A stretch of DNA of 64,000 nt from Trueperaceae bacterium (lineage in GTDB: Bacteria > Deinococcota > Deinococci > Deinococcales > Trueperaceae): assembly GCA_034521815.1 (NCBI GenBank), contig JAXHLW010000013.1:672001-736000 (forward strand). Reading direction: 5' to 3'. The notes under the pieces are model-generated. The model was not told the origin of the DNA, made no database searches, and saw only the letters and a program-made list of their open reading frames with translations. The position numbers and the translations under genes were made by a program. The first letter of the stretch is position 1. Each line of letters starts with the position of its first letter. Positions 51,044 through 60,694 of the stretch are shown here, in pieces.

Positions 51044-51316
51044 GTGGGTCTCCTTGGAAGTGCGCCGCAGTTCTGCGGCGACGTCGCGCTCGCGTCGAAA
51101 TTACGAGCGATACATGAAGGTAGGCCCTGAAGGGTTGAACGAACCGTCGTCGAGATCACGTTCGACAGCTGGGTACCGGTTCGACGTCTGGACGACGGAC
51201 GGCGGGCCCAGCGAGCCGGTACGGTCCCCCAGGCAGAGCTCCCGGACCGAGTCGCGGCCGCAGCGTATGACCGGCCGCACGCAGATGATGCAGTCGACCA
51301 GATGGAGAGGACACCG

Positions 51317-51667
51317 ATGAGCGAGAGCGACACGCTGACCGTCTACACCACGTCCATGTGCGGCGATTGCGTCGCCGTGAAACGAGCACTGGACGCGCGC
51401 CGTATTCCGTTCACGGAGGTCCGGCTCGAGGAGGACGCCTCCGCGGTCGCGTTCGTGATGTCCGTGAACGACGGACGGCGAAGCGTGCCGACCTTGGCGC
51501 ACCGTGGCCGAGCCGCGAGCCTGTCGCGCTTCTCGCCACGTCGCCTCGACGCGTTCCTCGCCGAGGCGGGTCTTGTCGATGCAGGTCTCGGCGATGCAGG
51601 TCCCTTCGAGGCGGGTCTCGGCGAGCACCGTCAGGCCGTACCCGAAGGCAGCTCGGACGGGGGCTGA
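51317..51667 (+). CDS. Glutaredoxin-like (NrdH/mycoredoxin-type) protein
   Basis: YTTSMCGDC, SVPT motifs; low-complexity C-terminal extension. Confidence 0.82.
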   Translation: MSESDTLTVYTTSMCGDCVAVKRALDARRIPFTEVRLEEDASAVAFVMSVNDGRRSVPTLAHRGRAASLSRFSPRRLDAFLAEAGLVDAGLGDAGPFEAGLGEHRQAVPEGSSDGG

Positions 51668-51731
51668 GCAGCCCGGCGAACCGTGTCGGCGGCGCGTTCG
51701 CGCCGACGGGGCACGTGGTAGGCTCCCCGCC

Positions 51732-52475
51732 ATGTCCGACCTCCCGCCCGCCACGCAGCACCCCGAGAAAGGTCGTTCGGTGCGGGCGATGTTCGACGCG
51801 ATCGCCCCTCGCTACGACCTCCTGAACGGGGTCCTCAGCCTGGGCGTCGACCGCGGCTGGCGGCGGGCGGCGGTTCGCGCGGCGTTGGCCAAGCGTCCAC
51901 GGCGGATCCTCGACGTGGCGACGGGAACGGCCGATCTGGCGCTGGCGATGGCCGCGTCCGACGCCAGCGCGGAGGTGATCGGCGTCGATTTCGCCGAGGA
52001 GATGCTGGCCGTGGGGCGCGCCAAGGCGAATCGGCGCCGGCTAGCCGTCCGGCTGGACACGGGCGACGGGATGGCGCTGCCGTACCCGGATGCCGCTTTC
52101 GACGCGCTCACGATCGCGTTCGGCCTCCGCAACTTCGCGGACATCGACGCCGGCCTCGCGGAGTTCCGGCGCGTGATCAGGCCCGGGGGGCGCCTGGTGG
52201 TGCTCGAGTTTCCGCCCCCGCCGCGCGGACCGCTGGGGAGCGCGTTCAAGCTGTACTTCACCCGCATGCTCCCCTGGATCGGACGGATGGTATCCGGTCA
52301 TGACGGCGCGTACCGCTACCTCCCCGCGAGCGTGATGGCGTTCCCCGAGCCCCAGCGGCTGGCGGAGCGCATTCTCGCAGCCGGCTTCGACGACGTCGTC
52401 TGGACGCCCCTCACCGCCGGCGTGGCGGCGCTCCACGTCGCCGACGTAGGTCCTCCATCGGAGGCGACCCCATGA
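51732..52475 (+). CDS. menG: Demethylmenaquinone methyltransferase (UbiE/MenG)
   Basis: MFDAIAPRYDLLN, LDVATGTAD, FGLRN, AYRYLPASV. Confidence 0.92.
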   Translation: MSDLPPATQHPEKGRSVRAMFDAIAPRYDLLNGVLSLGVDRGWRRAAVRAALAKRPRRILDVATGTADLALAMAASDASAEVIGVDFAEEMLAVGRAKANRRRLAVRLDTGDGMALPYPDAAFDALTIAFGLRNFADIDAGLAEFRRVIRPGGRLVVLEFPPPPRGPLGSAFKLYFTRMLPWIGRMVSGHDGAYRYLPASVMAFPEPQRLAERILAAGFDDVVWTPLTAGVAALHVADVGPPSEATP

Positions 52476-53062
52476 GATCCGAGCTCAACGACTTCGAGAT
52501 CAACACCGATGCGGCCCTGGTCGATCCAGACTGGGAAGCGTTCGTCGAGCGCCACGACGAACGGTACGGACTGGCGATCCATCACCTCAAGAGCCTCGTC
52601 AAGGGGCGCCGGTTCGACAACGAGGCGATGAAGCTCCGGGTCGGGCCGCGTGGGTTCTACCTCCAGTCGCGTCGCTTTCCCGCCGCGTTCTTCGGAGGTA
52701 CCGACCTGCCCGACCTGACGTTCGTCTCCGAGGACGAGGCGCACGCCCTCGTCTGGGAGGCGGTCGCCGCGTATCGGGGCGGCGACGCCCAGTCGCTGAC
52801 CTGCGTGTACGACGACGACGACCCGCCCGACGTGTTCTTCGGCTACCGCACCGGCGCCGACGAGCGCTACGAGCTGGGCGAGCTTCAGGGCGGACTGCCG
52901 CTGCACGCGCGGGTGATGGTCGACGCGGTCGAGCCGATCGATCTCGTCGGCTCCCGGCAGGGCACCCTCGTGTATCAGCGGATGGCCGACGGGCGGCACG
53001 TGGTCCTGCGCCGCACCGGGCGCCGCCATCCGTTCCAGCCGGTCGACCCGATCCACGATTGA
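52472..53062 (+). CDS. Hypothetical acidic protein
   Basis: 196 aa ORF with protein-like composition, ATGA overlap with menG, GGAGG RBS. Confidence 0.75.
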   Translation: MRSELNDFEINTDAALVDPDWEAFVERHDERYGLAIHHLKSLVKGRRFDNEAMKLRVGPRGFYLQSRRFPAAFFGGTDLPDLTFVSEDEAHALVWEAVAAYRGGDAQSLTCVYDDDDPPDVFFGYRTGADERYELGELQGGLPLHARVMVDAVEPIDLVGSRQGTLVYQRMADGRHVVLRRTGRRHPFQPVDPIHD

Positions 53063-53069
53063 CGCCCCC

Positions 53070-53837
53070 ATGACGCGGCCGGGCGGCCTGGGCGAAGGCG
53101 GACGGGGCGGTGGCGCCTACGACGTCGTGGTCATCGGCGCCGGCGCCTGCGGCTGCGAGGCCGCTGCGCGTCTCGGACGCCTGGGGTACGACGTTCTTCT
53201 GGTCACGACCAGCCTCGACACCGTGTTCGCGGCGCCGGTCGAGCGTGTCGTCGCGGCGGCGCCCGACGACACGCTGATGGCCGAGGTCCTTCCCGAGCTT
53301 CGCGTCGCCAGCGACGGAACGATCGGAGCGTGGGAGCTCCACGCCGCAGCGAAGTACCTGCTCGAGGCGGAGCCGAACGTGCACCTGCTCCAGTCCAACG
53401 TCGACGCGCTGAACGTCCACGACGGCACCGTTCGAGGGATCGAGACCTGGGAGGGCGTGCCCCGCGCCGCCCGGGCGGTCGCGCTCTGCGTCGGATCGTT
53501 CCTACGCGCCCGTCTTCGCGTCGGGGACGCGGAGGAGAGCGCGGGCCGGCCCGGCGAGATGGCGTACGACGCGCTGGCCGACCAGCTCGCGGAGCTGAGG
53601 CTGCCGCTCACGACCGTCCACGCCAGCGGAAGCGACGCCGGCCATCCCTCGTGGTCGGTTCGCTTCGAGCGGCTCGCCGACGGCGCCCTAGGGGGAACGC
53701 GGGTGCACCTGGTCGCCGGCCTGTACGCCGCCGGCATCTGCACGGCGGGTCCGATGAGCTACGAAGCCGCGGCGCAGGACGGGGCCCGCTTGGCACGCGA
53801 CGTGGCCGCCGATCTGGGCCCCGTCCACGCGGCCTGA
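53070..53837 (+). CDS. Short GidA/MnmG-related FAD-binding protein
   Basis: YDVVVIGAGACGCEAA, G.FL..R..G...AGR, GLYAAG...YEAAA; only ~255 aa. Confidence 0.78.
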   Translation: MTRPGGLGEGGRGGGAYDVVVIGAGACGCEAAARLGRLGYDVLLVTTSLDTVFAAPVERVVAAAPDDTLMAEVLPELRVASDGTIGAWELHAAAKYLLEAEPNVHLLQSNVDALNVHDGTVRGIETWEGVPRAARAVALCVGSFLRARLRVGDAEESAGRPGEMAYDALADQLAELRLPLTTVHASGSDAGHPSWSVRFERLADGALGGTRVHLVAGLYAAGICTAGPMSYEAAAQDGARLARDVAADLGPVHAA

Positions 53838-53889
53838 GGGCAGCCGTGTCGGCGCCGGTGACGGCGCATCGGCCGGTGCGTCGCGAGCG

Positions 53890-54102
53890 TCAGCGAGAGC
53901 CGGTATCGTCGCGCGAGCGCAGGTACGAATCCAGCTTGGACAGGCCGGACTCGGCCGTCCACACGATGTCCGCGTCGCGCGCGTGCCGATCGCTGGCCGA
54001 CAACAGCCGAACGCCGTACGGCCCGGGACGCCGGCCGGCGATCACGTAGCGTCGCCCTTGGTAGAGCACCTCTTCACCGACCATGAACGTTGGAGCTGTC
54101 AT
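53890..54102 (-). CDS. Small hypothetical protein (70 aa)
   Basis: MTAPTFMVGEEVLYQGRRYVI...; ATG 6 nt after TATGCT box. Confidence 0.6.
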   Translation of the reverse strand: MTAPTFMVGEEVLYQGRRYVIAGRRPGPYGVRLLSASDRHARDADIVWTAESGLSKLDSYLRSRDDTGSR

Positions 54103-54155
54103 GACGCGAGCATACCCGGCCGCGATCCCCGGCCGTCGCCGCTCCGCGGCCCGGC

Positions 54156-54719
54156 TCAGGCGAGGTTCGACAGCACCGTGACGGTGAACGCCAGCAGCGC
54201 CGAGGGAAGCCCGAACACGGCCACGATGTACAGGATGAACGCCGTCCGCGCACCGCCGGCTGCGTGCACCTCGACGCCGCGCCACACGACCCAGAGATGC
54301 CACGGAGGCAGGAGCAGAGCGGCGCCCGCCAGCGCGGGCCACGGCGCGAGCAGGCCCACCGGGAGGATCGACAGGGCCAGCAGGCCGATCGGGGTCCAGG
54401 CCCAGGCGACGATCTCGAACGCGCGCAGGTCGAGGGCGGCCGGCCGCATGAGCATCAGCCCGCCCAGCACCGTCACGATCGCCAGGTACGGCAGCGTCAG
54501 CGCGGGAGCGCCCAGCAGGAACGGCAGCCAGGCGTCCGACCCGGTCGCCCGGGCCGCCACGACGCCGAGGATCCACGACCCCACCACGGTCGACACCGCG
54601 GCCGCAGCGATCGGCGCCCTGAGGCGCGTACGGTCCCCCTGCGCCGCGAAGAACGCCCGCGGGTGCGACGCCACCCGCCAAACGTCCCTCGCCGTGCTTA
54701 CGACGACGTCGCTCGTCAC
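54156..54719 (-). CDS. Multi-pass membrane protein (Yip1-like)
   Basis: HPRAFF N-terminal motif then about five TM segments; GTGA overlap with mqnD. Confidence 0.62.
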   Translation of the reverse strand: MTSDVVVSTARDVWRVASHPRAFFAAQGDRTRLRAPIAAAAVSTVVGSWILGVVAARATGSDAWLPFLLGAPALTLPYLAIVTVLGGLMLMRPAALDLRAFEIVAWAWTPIGLLALSILPVGLLAPWPALAGAALLLPPWHLWVVWRGVEVHAAGGARTAFILYIVAVFGLPSALLAFTVTVLSNLA

Positions 54720-55549
54720 GCTCCGCCCCAGAACAGATCGGACCTCGGGACGGGAAACAGCCCGCGCCGAGCCGCGCGCTCGAACAGGGTGCCCACGGCC
54801 GCTCGCCCGACCGGTCCGGCGTCCAGGGTGAAGTCGTTGACGTAGGTGTCGATATGTCGTTCGCGCACCTCGGGCGACATCTCCTGAGCGTGCTCGGCGA
54901 CGTACGCCGCGCTCGCGCCAGGATCGCGGCGCGCCGCGACGACGCTGGCACGAACGGCGTCCGCCACGCGGTCGATCAGCCCAGGCGGCAGATCGCGTCG
55001 GACCGCGATGCCGCCCAGCGGAATCGGCGCGCCGGTCCAGGTCTCCCACCAGGCGCCCAGGTCGACGACCCTGTGCAACCCGTGATCTGCATAGGTGAAC
55101 CGCGACTCGTGAATGATCAGTCCGGCATCGACCTCGCCGGCTTCGACCGCCGGCATGATCCGGTCGTAGCGGAGCTCCACCCGACGCACGTTCGCGGGCG
55201 CGTACAGGTCGAGCAGGAGATTCGCCGTCGTGCGGCCCCCCGGCGTGGCCACCGTGGCGTTCGCGAGCTCCAGCTCGGGGTCCCGCGCCACGATCAGCGG
55301 GCCGACGCCGTGCCCCATGGCGCCGCCCGACGGCAGCATCCACCAGTCGTCCGCGATGCGGCCGAACGCGTGGTAGGAGACCTTGGCGACGTCCAGCTCG
55401 CCGTCCTGGGCCAGGCCGTTGAGCATCTCGACGTCCTCCAGGCGGACGTCCCACGACAGGTCGGGCGCGACCACGCCGTGCACCAGCGCGTGGAACACGA
55501 AGGCGTCGTTCGGACAGGGCGAGAAGCCGAGGCGGAGCGGGGCGTTCAT
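54716..55549 (-). CDS. mqnD: 1,4-dihydroxy-6-naphthoate synthase (futalosine pathway)
   Basis: GFSPCPNDAF, DVAKVS, IIHESRFTY, PIPLGGI, HIDTYVN. Confidence 0.93.
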   Translation of the reverse strand: MNAPLRLGFSPCPNDAFVFHALVHGVVAPDLSWDVRLEDVEMLNGLAQDGELDVAKVSYHAFGRIADDWWMLPSGGAMGHGVGPLIVARDPELELANATVATPGGRTTANLLLDLYAPANVRRVELRYDRIMPAVEAGEVDAGLIIHESRFTYADHGLHRVVDLGAWWETWTGAPIPLGGIAVRRDLPPGLIDRVADAVRASVVAARRDPGASAAYVAEHAQEMSPEVRERHIDTYVNDFTLDAGPVGRAAVGTLFERAARRGLFPVPRSDLFWGGA

Positions 55550-55633
55550 GGCGAAAGCGTACCAATCGCCTCGCCCGTGCAGGCGTCGCGGGGCGGCTCG
55601 TCGGCGGGCGATGGAGTCAGGGTTTGCAGCGCG

Positions 55634-55662
55634 TTGATCGGACCCGATCCGTCTGCTAGGAT
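55634..55662 (+). promoter_or_regulatory. Sigma70-type promoter of infC-rpmI-rplT
   Basis: TTGATC-17 bp-TAGGAT with TG extended -10. Confidence 0.65.
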
Positions 55663-55716
55663 ACAGCGCCGTGCCCGGGACGATTCGACCCCGGCCGCGC
55701 GTTGGAGGTGGAGTTC

Positions 55717-56244
55717 ATAGCGAAGGACATGAAGGTGAACGATCAGATTCGGGTGCGACAGGTGCGTCTGATCGAAGCGGACGGGAATCAGATCGGCATC
55801 GTCGACACGCGCGACGCGATGCGTCGTGCGCGTGAAGCGGATCTGGATCTCGTGCTGGTGGGCGAGCGGGCCCAACCTCCCGTCGCGCGGCTCATGGACT
55901 ACGGCAAGTACCGCTACGAGCTGCAGCAAGAGGAGAAGGAGTCGCGCAAGCGCTCCCGCCAGCAGGAACTGAAAGCGATCAAGTTCCGCGTCAAGATCGG
56001 CGATCACGACTACCGAACGAAGGTGAACCACGTCCGGCGCTTCCTCAAGGGCGGCCACAAGGTCAAGGTCACCATCATGTTCCGGGGTCGCGAACGTACG
56101 CATCCCGAGCTCGGCCAGGAGCTCCTGAACCGCGTCGCGCAGGACGTGTCCGACCTCGCGGTGGTCGATCAGCCGCCGATGATCGCGGGCATGGACATGA
56201 ACATGACGGTGCGACCGCTCGCGGAGCAGCCGAAGGAAGCCTGA
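55717..56244 (+). CDS. infC: Translation initiation factor IF-3 (probable ATA start)
   Basis: VNDQIR, LDLVLV, PPVARLMDYGKY, MFRGRE; GGAGG 8 nt before in-frame ATA. Confidence 0.95.
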   Translation: MAKDMKVNDQIRVRQVRLIEADGNQIGIVDTRDAMRRAREADLDLVLVGERAQPPVARLMDYGKYRYELQQEEKESRKRSRQQELKAIKFRVKIGDHDYRTKVNHVRRFLKGGHKVKVTIMFRGRERTHPELGQELLNRVAQDVSDLAVVDQPPMIAGMDMNMTVRPLAEQPKEA

Positions 56245-56318
56245 GCCCGACCGTCCCTTCGTCCGCGCCGTGGCTCGACGATTCAGCGCGATCCACTGCC
56301 ACCAGAAAGGGTGCAGAC

Positions 56319-56516
56319 ATGCCGAAACTCAAGACCCACAAGGGCACCAAAGCCCGTGTCAAGATCACAGGGCGAGGTAAGGTCATGGCCATGCGCTCCG
56401 GAAAGCGACACCTGAACTACAAGAAGTCTGGGAAGCGCATCCGGCAGGGCCGTACCGACCTCATCATCGCGAAGCCGGACGCAGAGCGCATCAAAGCGCT
56501 GCTGCCGTACGAGTGA
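56319..56516 (+). CDS. rpmI: 50S ribosomal protein L35
   Basis: MPKLKTHKG..ARVKITGRGK, LLPY. Confidence 0.96.
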   Translation: MPKLKTHKGTKARVKITGRGKVMAMRSGKRHLNYKKSGKRIRQGRTDLIIAKPDAERIKALLPYE

Positions 56517-56527
56517 GGGGGTAGCGC

Positions 56528-56887
56528 ATGCCACGGGCCAAGACCGGCACCGTCCGCCGTGCGAAGCACAAGAAGGTTCTCAAGGCCGCCAAAGGCTACT
56601 GGGGGCTTCGCTCCAAGAGTTTCAAGGTCGCGCAGCAGACGCTGCTCAACGCTGCCGACTACGAGTACCGCGATCGTCGCGACAAGAAGACGGTGTTCCG
56701 CCGGCTCTGGATCGCGCGCATCAACGCTGCCGCGCGTCAGCACGGGCTGAGCTACAGCCGCTTCACGCACGGCCTCAGGCTCGCCGGGGTCGAGCTGGAC
56801 CGCAAGGTTCTCGCCGATCTCGCGGTCAGGGAGCCTGACGCCTTCGCGAACCTCGTCGAGGTGGCCAAGGACCAGGCGACCGCCTGA
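56528..56887 (+). CDS. rplT: 50S ribosomal protein L20
   Basis: [35 protein letters not shown]. Confidence 0.97.
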   Translation: MPRAKTGTVRRAKHKKVLKAAKGYWGLRSKSFKVAQQTLLNAADYEYRDRRDKKTVFRRLWIARINAAARQHGLSYSRFTHGLRLAGVELDRKVLADLAVREPDAFANLVEVAKDQATA

Positions 56888-56943
56888 GCATCCGCCACGG
56901 TCCGACATGACCTGTCCGACCTGAGCTAGTCCGACCGAACGAA

Positions 56944-56971
56944 TCGAGGGCGTCCATCCGGGCGCCCTCGA
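56944..56971. terminator. Hairpin between convergent rplT and dehydrogenase genes
   Basis: TCGAGGGCG...CGCCCTCGA inverted repeat. Confidence 0.55.
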
Positions 56972-56986
56972 CGCATGGTGCGACGT

Positions 56987-57970
56987 TCAGTAGCCGTCCT
57001 CCACGTCCACGCGGTTCCGTTCCGGATCGCGACCGCTCACGATCGCATCGATCGTCCTCAGCACGTCGCGGACGCTGGCCGCCTTCCAGCCCGCCACGGC
57101 GTTCGCGCGGTGCGGGCTGAGGACGACGTCGGGATGCAGGTGGAACGGGCGCCGCGAGGGCAGCGTGGTCGGCCGCTCCTCCGGCCCGTCCGGGTAGCGC
57201 CACCACACGTCCAAGCCCAGGCCGGCGATCCGTCCCGACGCCAAGGCGTCCCACGCCGCGTCCTCGTCGATCACCGAGCCCCGCCCGACGTTCACGAGCA
57301 GCGCGCCGGGACGAACGGCCGCGAACGCCGCCTCGTCCAGCAAGCCGTCGGTCGACGGGGTGGAGGGAAGGGACGCCAGCACCACGTCGGCCCGCCCCAG
57401 CACCGCATGCAGGTCGGAGAGGCCCCACTGCGCGACCTCTTCGTCGTCGCTGTCCGGGTGTCGGCGTACCGCCTCGACCTCCATCCCGAGGCCGCGCAGC
57501 ATCGGCACGGTCGCCCGCCCGATCGCCCCGAAACCCAGCAGCACGGCGACGCGCCCAGCCAGGTGCACGCTCTCGGGGCCGTCCGGGGCCGACCAGTCGC
57601 CCTGACGCAACGCCCGGTCGTAGCGCCCGAGCCGTCCAGCCAGCGACAGCAGCAGGGCGACGGCGTGCTGCGCGACGAACGGCGCGTTGAAGTGCGAGTT
57701 GTGCAGCGCCAGGCCGGGCCGCGCAGCCATGCGCTCGCGCAGCCCGCTGCGCACCCCGGCGTAGGGAACGATCACGTGGCGCAACGAAGGCGCGTCCAGG
57801 AGCTCGGCCGGCGGGTCGCCGTCCACGAGGATCGCCGCGCCGGCCGTGGTGACGGCGTCCGGATCGACGTCGATCGTGACGCCGTCCGGCCACCGTTCGC
57901 CGGCGACCTCGTCCGCGCCCAGACGGCTTTTCCACACGACGTTCACGACCCCGGAGTCCCCATCGCTCAT
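56987..57970 (-). CDS. D-2-hydroxyacid dehydrogenase family protein
   Basis: GFGAIG, LVNVGRG, GLDVW, LSPH. Confidence 0.9.
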   Translation of the reverse strand: MSDGDSGVVNVVWKSRLGADEVAGERWPDGVTIDVDPDAVTTAGAAILVDGDPPAELLDAPSLRHVIVPYAGVRSGLRERMAARPGLALHNSHFNAPFVAQHAVALLLSLAGRLGRYDRALRQGDWSAPDGPESVHLAGRVAVLLGFGAIGRATVPMLRGLGMEVEAVRRHPDSDDEEVAQWGLSDLHAVLGRADVVLASLPSTPSTDGLLDEAAFAAVRPGALLVNVGRGSVIDEDAAWDALASGRIAGLGLDVWWRYPDGPEERPTTLPSRRPFHLHPDVVLSPHRANAVAGWKAASVRDVLRTIDAIVSGRDPERNRVDVEDGY

Positions 57971-58011
57971 GGGGCAATCGTACCCGGGGCACCGCGGATA
58001 GAATGACCCTC

Positions 58012-59289
58012 ATGCGAATCGTACGCGGCCTCGAAGCCGCCCTAGACGCCGTCCGGCACCGAGCACAGGACCTCCTGGACGAACCGACCGAACGATCGGT
58101 GCGCGAGATCGTCGACGCCGTGCGGCGTAGCGGGGACGACGCCCTCAGAACCGCGACCGAGCGGCTCGACGGCGTTCGCCTCGACACGCTCCGAGTTCCC
58201 CGGACGGAGATCGACGCGGCGGCGGAGAAGATCGACCCGGAGCTCCGCGACGCGATCGACCTCGCCATCGAGCGGATCGAGTGGTACTACCGGAGGCAGC
58301 CGTCCGGCGGCTTTCTCGACACCGCCGACGGTGCCGTGCTCGGTCAGCTCGTTCGCCCGATCGAGCGCGTCGGCGTGTACGCCCCGGGCGGAACCGCCCC
58401 GCTGTTCAGCAGCCTGCTGATGAGCGCCGTCCCGGCCCGGGTCGCCGGCGTCGAACGGATCGTGGTCGTCACGCCGCCCCGGAAGGACGGCTCGGTGGCG
58501 GTCGAGGTGCTGTACGCCGCTGCGCGGGTCGGCGCCGAGCACGTCGTCCGGGTCGGCGGGGCGCAAGCCATCGCCGCCCTGGCGTACGGAACCGAGAGCG
58601 TTCCCAGGGTCGACAAGATCGTGGGGCCCGGCAACCGCTACGTCATCGCGGCGAAGCGACTCGTGTTCGGAACCGTCGGGATCGAGGCGCTTCCCGGTCC
58701 GACGGAGACGCTGGTGATCGCCGACGAGCATGCCGACCCGGAGCACGTCGCAGCGGACCTGCTGGCCCAGGCCGAGCACCTCGGCGCCCAGCCGGTTCTG
58801 GTCGCCTGGTCCGACGACGTCGTCCGGCGGACGCTGGATGCGGTCGAGGCCGCGCTCCAGACGCTCCCCACCGCCGTCGCGGCACGCGAGTCGACCGAGG
58901 AACGCGGCCTGGTGCTGCGCGTCGCCGACGAGGCGGAAGCGATGAGCGTGGCGAACGCCTACGCGCCCGAGCACCTCTGCCTGCTCGTCGAGGATCCGTG
59001 GCGGCTGCTGCCCGGCGTGCGCAACGCCGGCGGGGTGTTCCTGGGCGCGCACAGCATGGAAGCGCTCGGCGACTACGTCGCGGGCCCCAGCCACGTGATG
59101 CCGACCTCGGCGACCGCTCGCTTCGCGAGCTTCGTGAACCTGCGCGACTTCCAGAAGGTCATCCCGGTTCTGTCGCTCTCACCCAGCGTGGTGCAGGAGA
59201 TCGGGCCTGCCGCCGTCGCGATGGCCCGGTCCGAAGGCCTCGAGGCGCACGCCCGCGCCGTTCTTTCGCGCCTGAAGCCGGACGACTGA
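58012..59289 (+). CDS. hisD: Histidinol dehydrogenase
   Basis: GVYAPGG, GGAQAIAALAYG, GPGNRYV, QAEH, APEHL, GDYVAGPSHVMPT. Confidence 0.95.
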   Translation: MRIVRGLEAALDAVRHRAQDLLDEPTERSVREIVDAVRRSGDDALRTATERLDGVRLDTLRVPRTEIDAAAEKIDPELRDAIDLAIERIEWYYRRQPSGGFLDTADGAVLGQLVRPIERVGVYAPGGTAPLFSSLLMSAVPARVAGVERIVVVTPPRKDGSVAVEVLYAAARVGAEHVVRVGGAQAIAALAYGTESVPRVDKIVGPGNRYVIAAKRLVFGTVGIEALPGPTETLVIADEHADPEHVAADLLAQAEHLGAQPVLVAWSDDVVRRTLDAVEAALQTLPTAVAARESTEERGLVLRVADEAEAMSVANAYAPEHLCLLVEDPWRLLPGVRNAGGVFLGAHSMEALGDYVAGPSHVMPTSATARFASFVNLRDFQKVIPVLSLSPSVVQEIGPAAVAMARSEGLEAHARAVLSRLKPDD

Positions 59290-59293
59290 GCGG

Positions 59294-59914
59294 GTGCGCA
59301 GCGGACGCGACCGTGGGCCCGGACACGCCGACAGCGGCGACGCGTCGTCCGGGCCGCGGGTCGTCCGACTCCTGGTCTGGGCGCCGCTCCTGCTGCTGGC
59401 GCTCCTGGCCGCCGACGTCGTCGGCATCGTGGCCGGTCCGCCCACGCGACCCGACTGTACGGCGGATGCGGCGTTGGTGATGGGCGCCGCGCAGTACGAC
59501 GGTCGTCCGTCCCCGGTGTTCGAGCGACGGCTGCACGCCGCGCTGGAGCTGTACGAGGTGGGCTGCGTCGAGCGGATCGTCGTGTCGGGCGGCAGCCGGC
59601 CGGGTGACCGTACGACGGAAGGGGACACCGGCGTGCGCTGGCTGGCCGACCGGGGCGTCCCCGAGACCCGCCTGCTGGCCGAGACCCGGTCGACGACCAG
59701 CGCAGAGAACGTGTGGCTGTCCGCATCGCTGTTGGGTGACGGCCCGCTGCTGATCGTGACGGACGACCTGCACGCCTGGCGCGCCGTCTGGCTGGCCCGC
59801 CGCTTCGGGCTGGACGCGTCCGCGCACGGCGTGCCCACCGGTATCGTTCGCCCCAGCTACGTCCTGCGCGAGCTGACCGCCATGGCCTCCTACCGCGTCG
59901 GCTGGGTTCGCTGA
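59294..59914 (+). CDS. YdcF family protein (DUF218)
   Basis: LVMGAAQY, VVSGG, ETRSTTSAEN, VTDDLHAWRA, LRE. Confidence 0.88.
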   Translation: MRSGRDRGPGHADSGDASSGPRVVRLLVWAPLLLLALLAADVVGIVAGPPTRPDCTADAALVMGAAQYDGRPSPVFERRLHAALELYEVGCVERIVVSGGSRPGDRTTEGDTGVRWLADRGVPETRLLAETRSTTSAENVWLSASLLGDGPLLIVTDDLHAWRAVWLARRFGLDASAHGVPTGIVRPSYVLRELTAMASYRVGWVR

Positions 59915-59978
59915 GGGCGGGTTCGCTGAGGGCGGGTTCGCCGAGGGCGGCACCCGCGACCGCGCCGCCGATCGACGA

Positions 59979-60686
59979 TCACCTCCGCCACCAGGCCCGG
60001 ACCACGTCGCGGTACATCGCGGCACGCGCTCTCATGCCGCGCATCAGGCCCCGCTTCTCCTCCTTCATGACTTGGGCGACGCCGTCCAACGCCACGTCCT
60101 GGCAGCTCCACCCTTCGCGCGCCGCCGACCGGGTGAGCAGGATCTCGACGCCGAAACGGCTCTCGGCCAGGCCGGCGACGCTCCTGAGCCGGTCGCGCCG
60201 CAGCGCGCGCTGTCCAGCCAGCGCGGGCGCCAGCCGCTGAGCGGTGCTGGTCGACGCACGGGCACCGACGAACACGCCACGCGTCATGTCCACCAGGCCG
60301 TGCAGGACCGGGTCGGCCAGGGCCCGCACGTGCTCGGGCCGCAGACCGGTCAGGTCCGCGTCGAGCAGGATCAGGACGTCGGCCTCCAGCGCGTCCGCGC
60401 CTGCCGCGAACGCTCCGCCCTTTCCGACGTTCGACGGCAGCCTGAGCACCTCCGCGCCGGCCGCCTCCGCGACGTCGGCGGTCCCGTCGCTCGATCCGTC
60501 GTCCACGACGAGCACCGGTCCCCGTCCGGCCGCCCGTGCGGCCTGGATGACGGAGCCGATGCGGGCGGCCTCGTCGAGCGCGGGAATCAGCACCGCGCTC
60601 GCGACGCGGCTTCGCGTGGCAGCGTCGGTGCGTCGTGCATCGGCGCCCACCTCGGCGCCCACCTCGGCGCCCACCTCTGCGCTCAC
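59979..60686 (-). CDS. GT2 family glycosyltransferase
   Basis: LIPALDE, VDDGSSDGT, NVGKG, LDADL, GQRA, FGVE. Confidence 0.88.
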   Translation of the reverse strand: MSAEVGAEVGAEVGADARRTDAATRSRVASAVLIPALDEAARIGSVIQAARAAGRGPVLVVDDGSSDGTADVAEAAGAEVLRLPSNVGKGGAFAAGADALEADVLILLDADLTGLRPEHVRALADPVLHGLVDMTRGVFVGARASTSTAQRLAPALAGQRALRRDRLRSVAGLAESRFGVEILLTRSAAREGWSCQDVALDGVAQVMKEEKRGLMRGMRARAAMYRDVVRAWWRR

Positions 60687-60694
60687 CTCGTCCC

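Noticed and set aside
51100-51145. TGAAGG direct repeats upstream of the fasciclin gene as a regulator site
   Set aside because: Only two copies, 13 bp apart; too weak to support without comparative data.
53070-53837. mnmG pseudogene
   Set aside because: Intact ORF retaining both N- and C-terminal FAD-fold motifs, matching the known short GidA-related form rather than a truncation.
59904-59948. Short direct repeats as a CRISPR array
   Set aside because: Units are 7-15 bp and directly adjacent, with no spacers and no cas genes.
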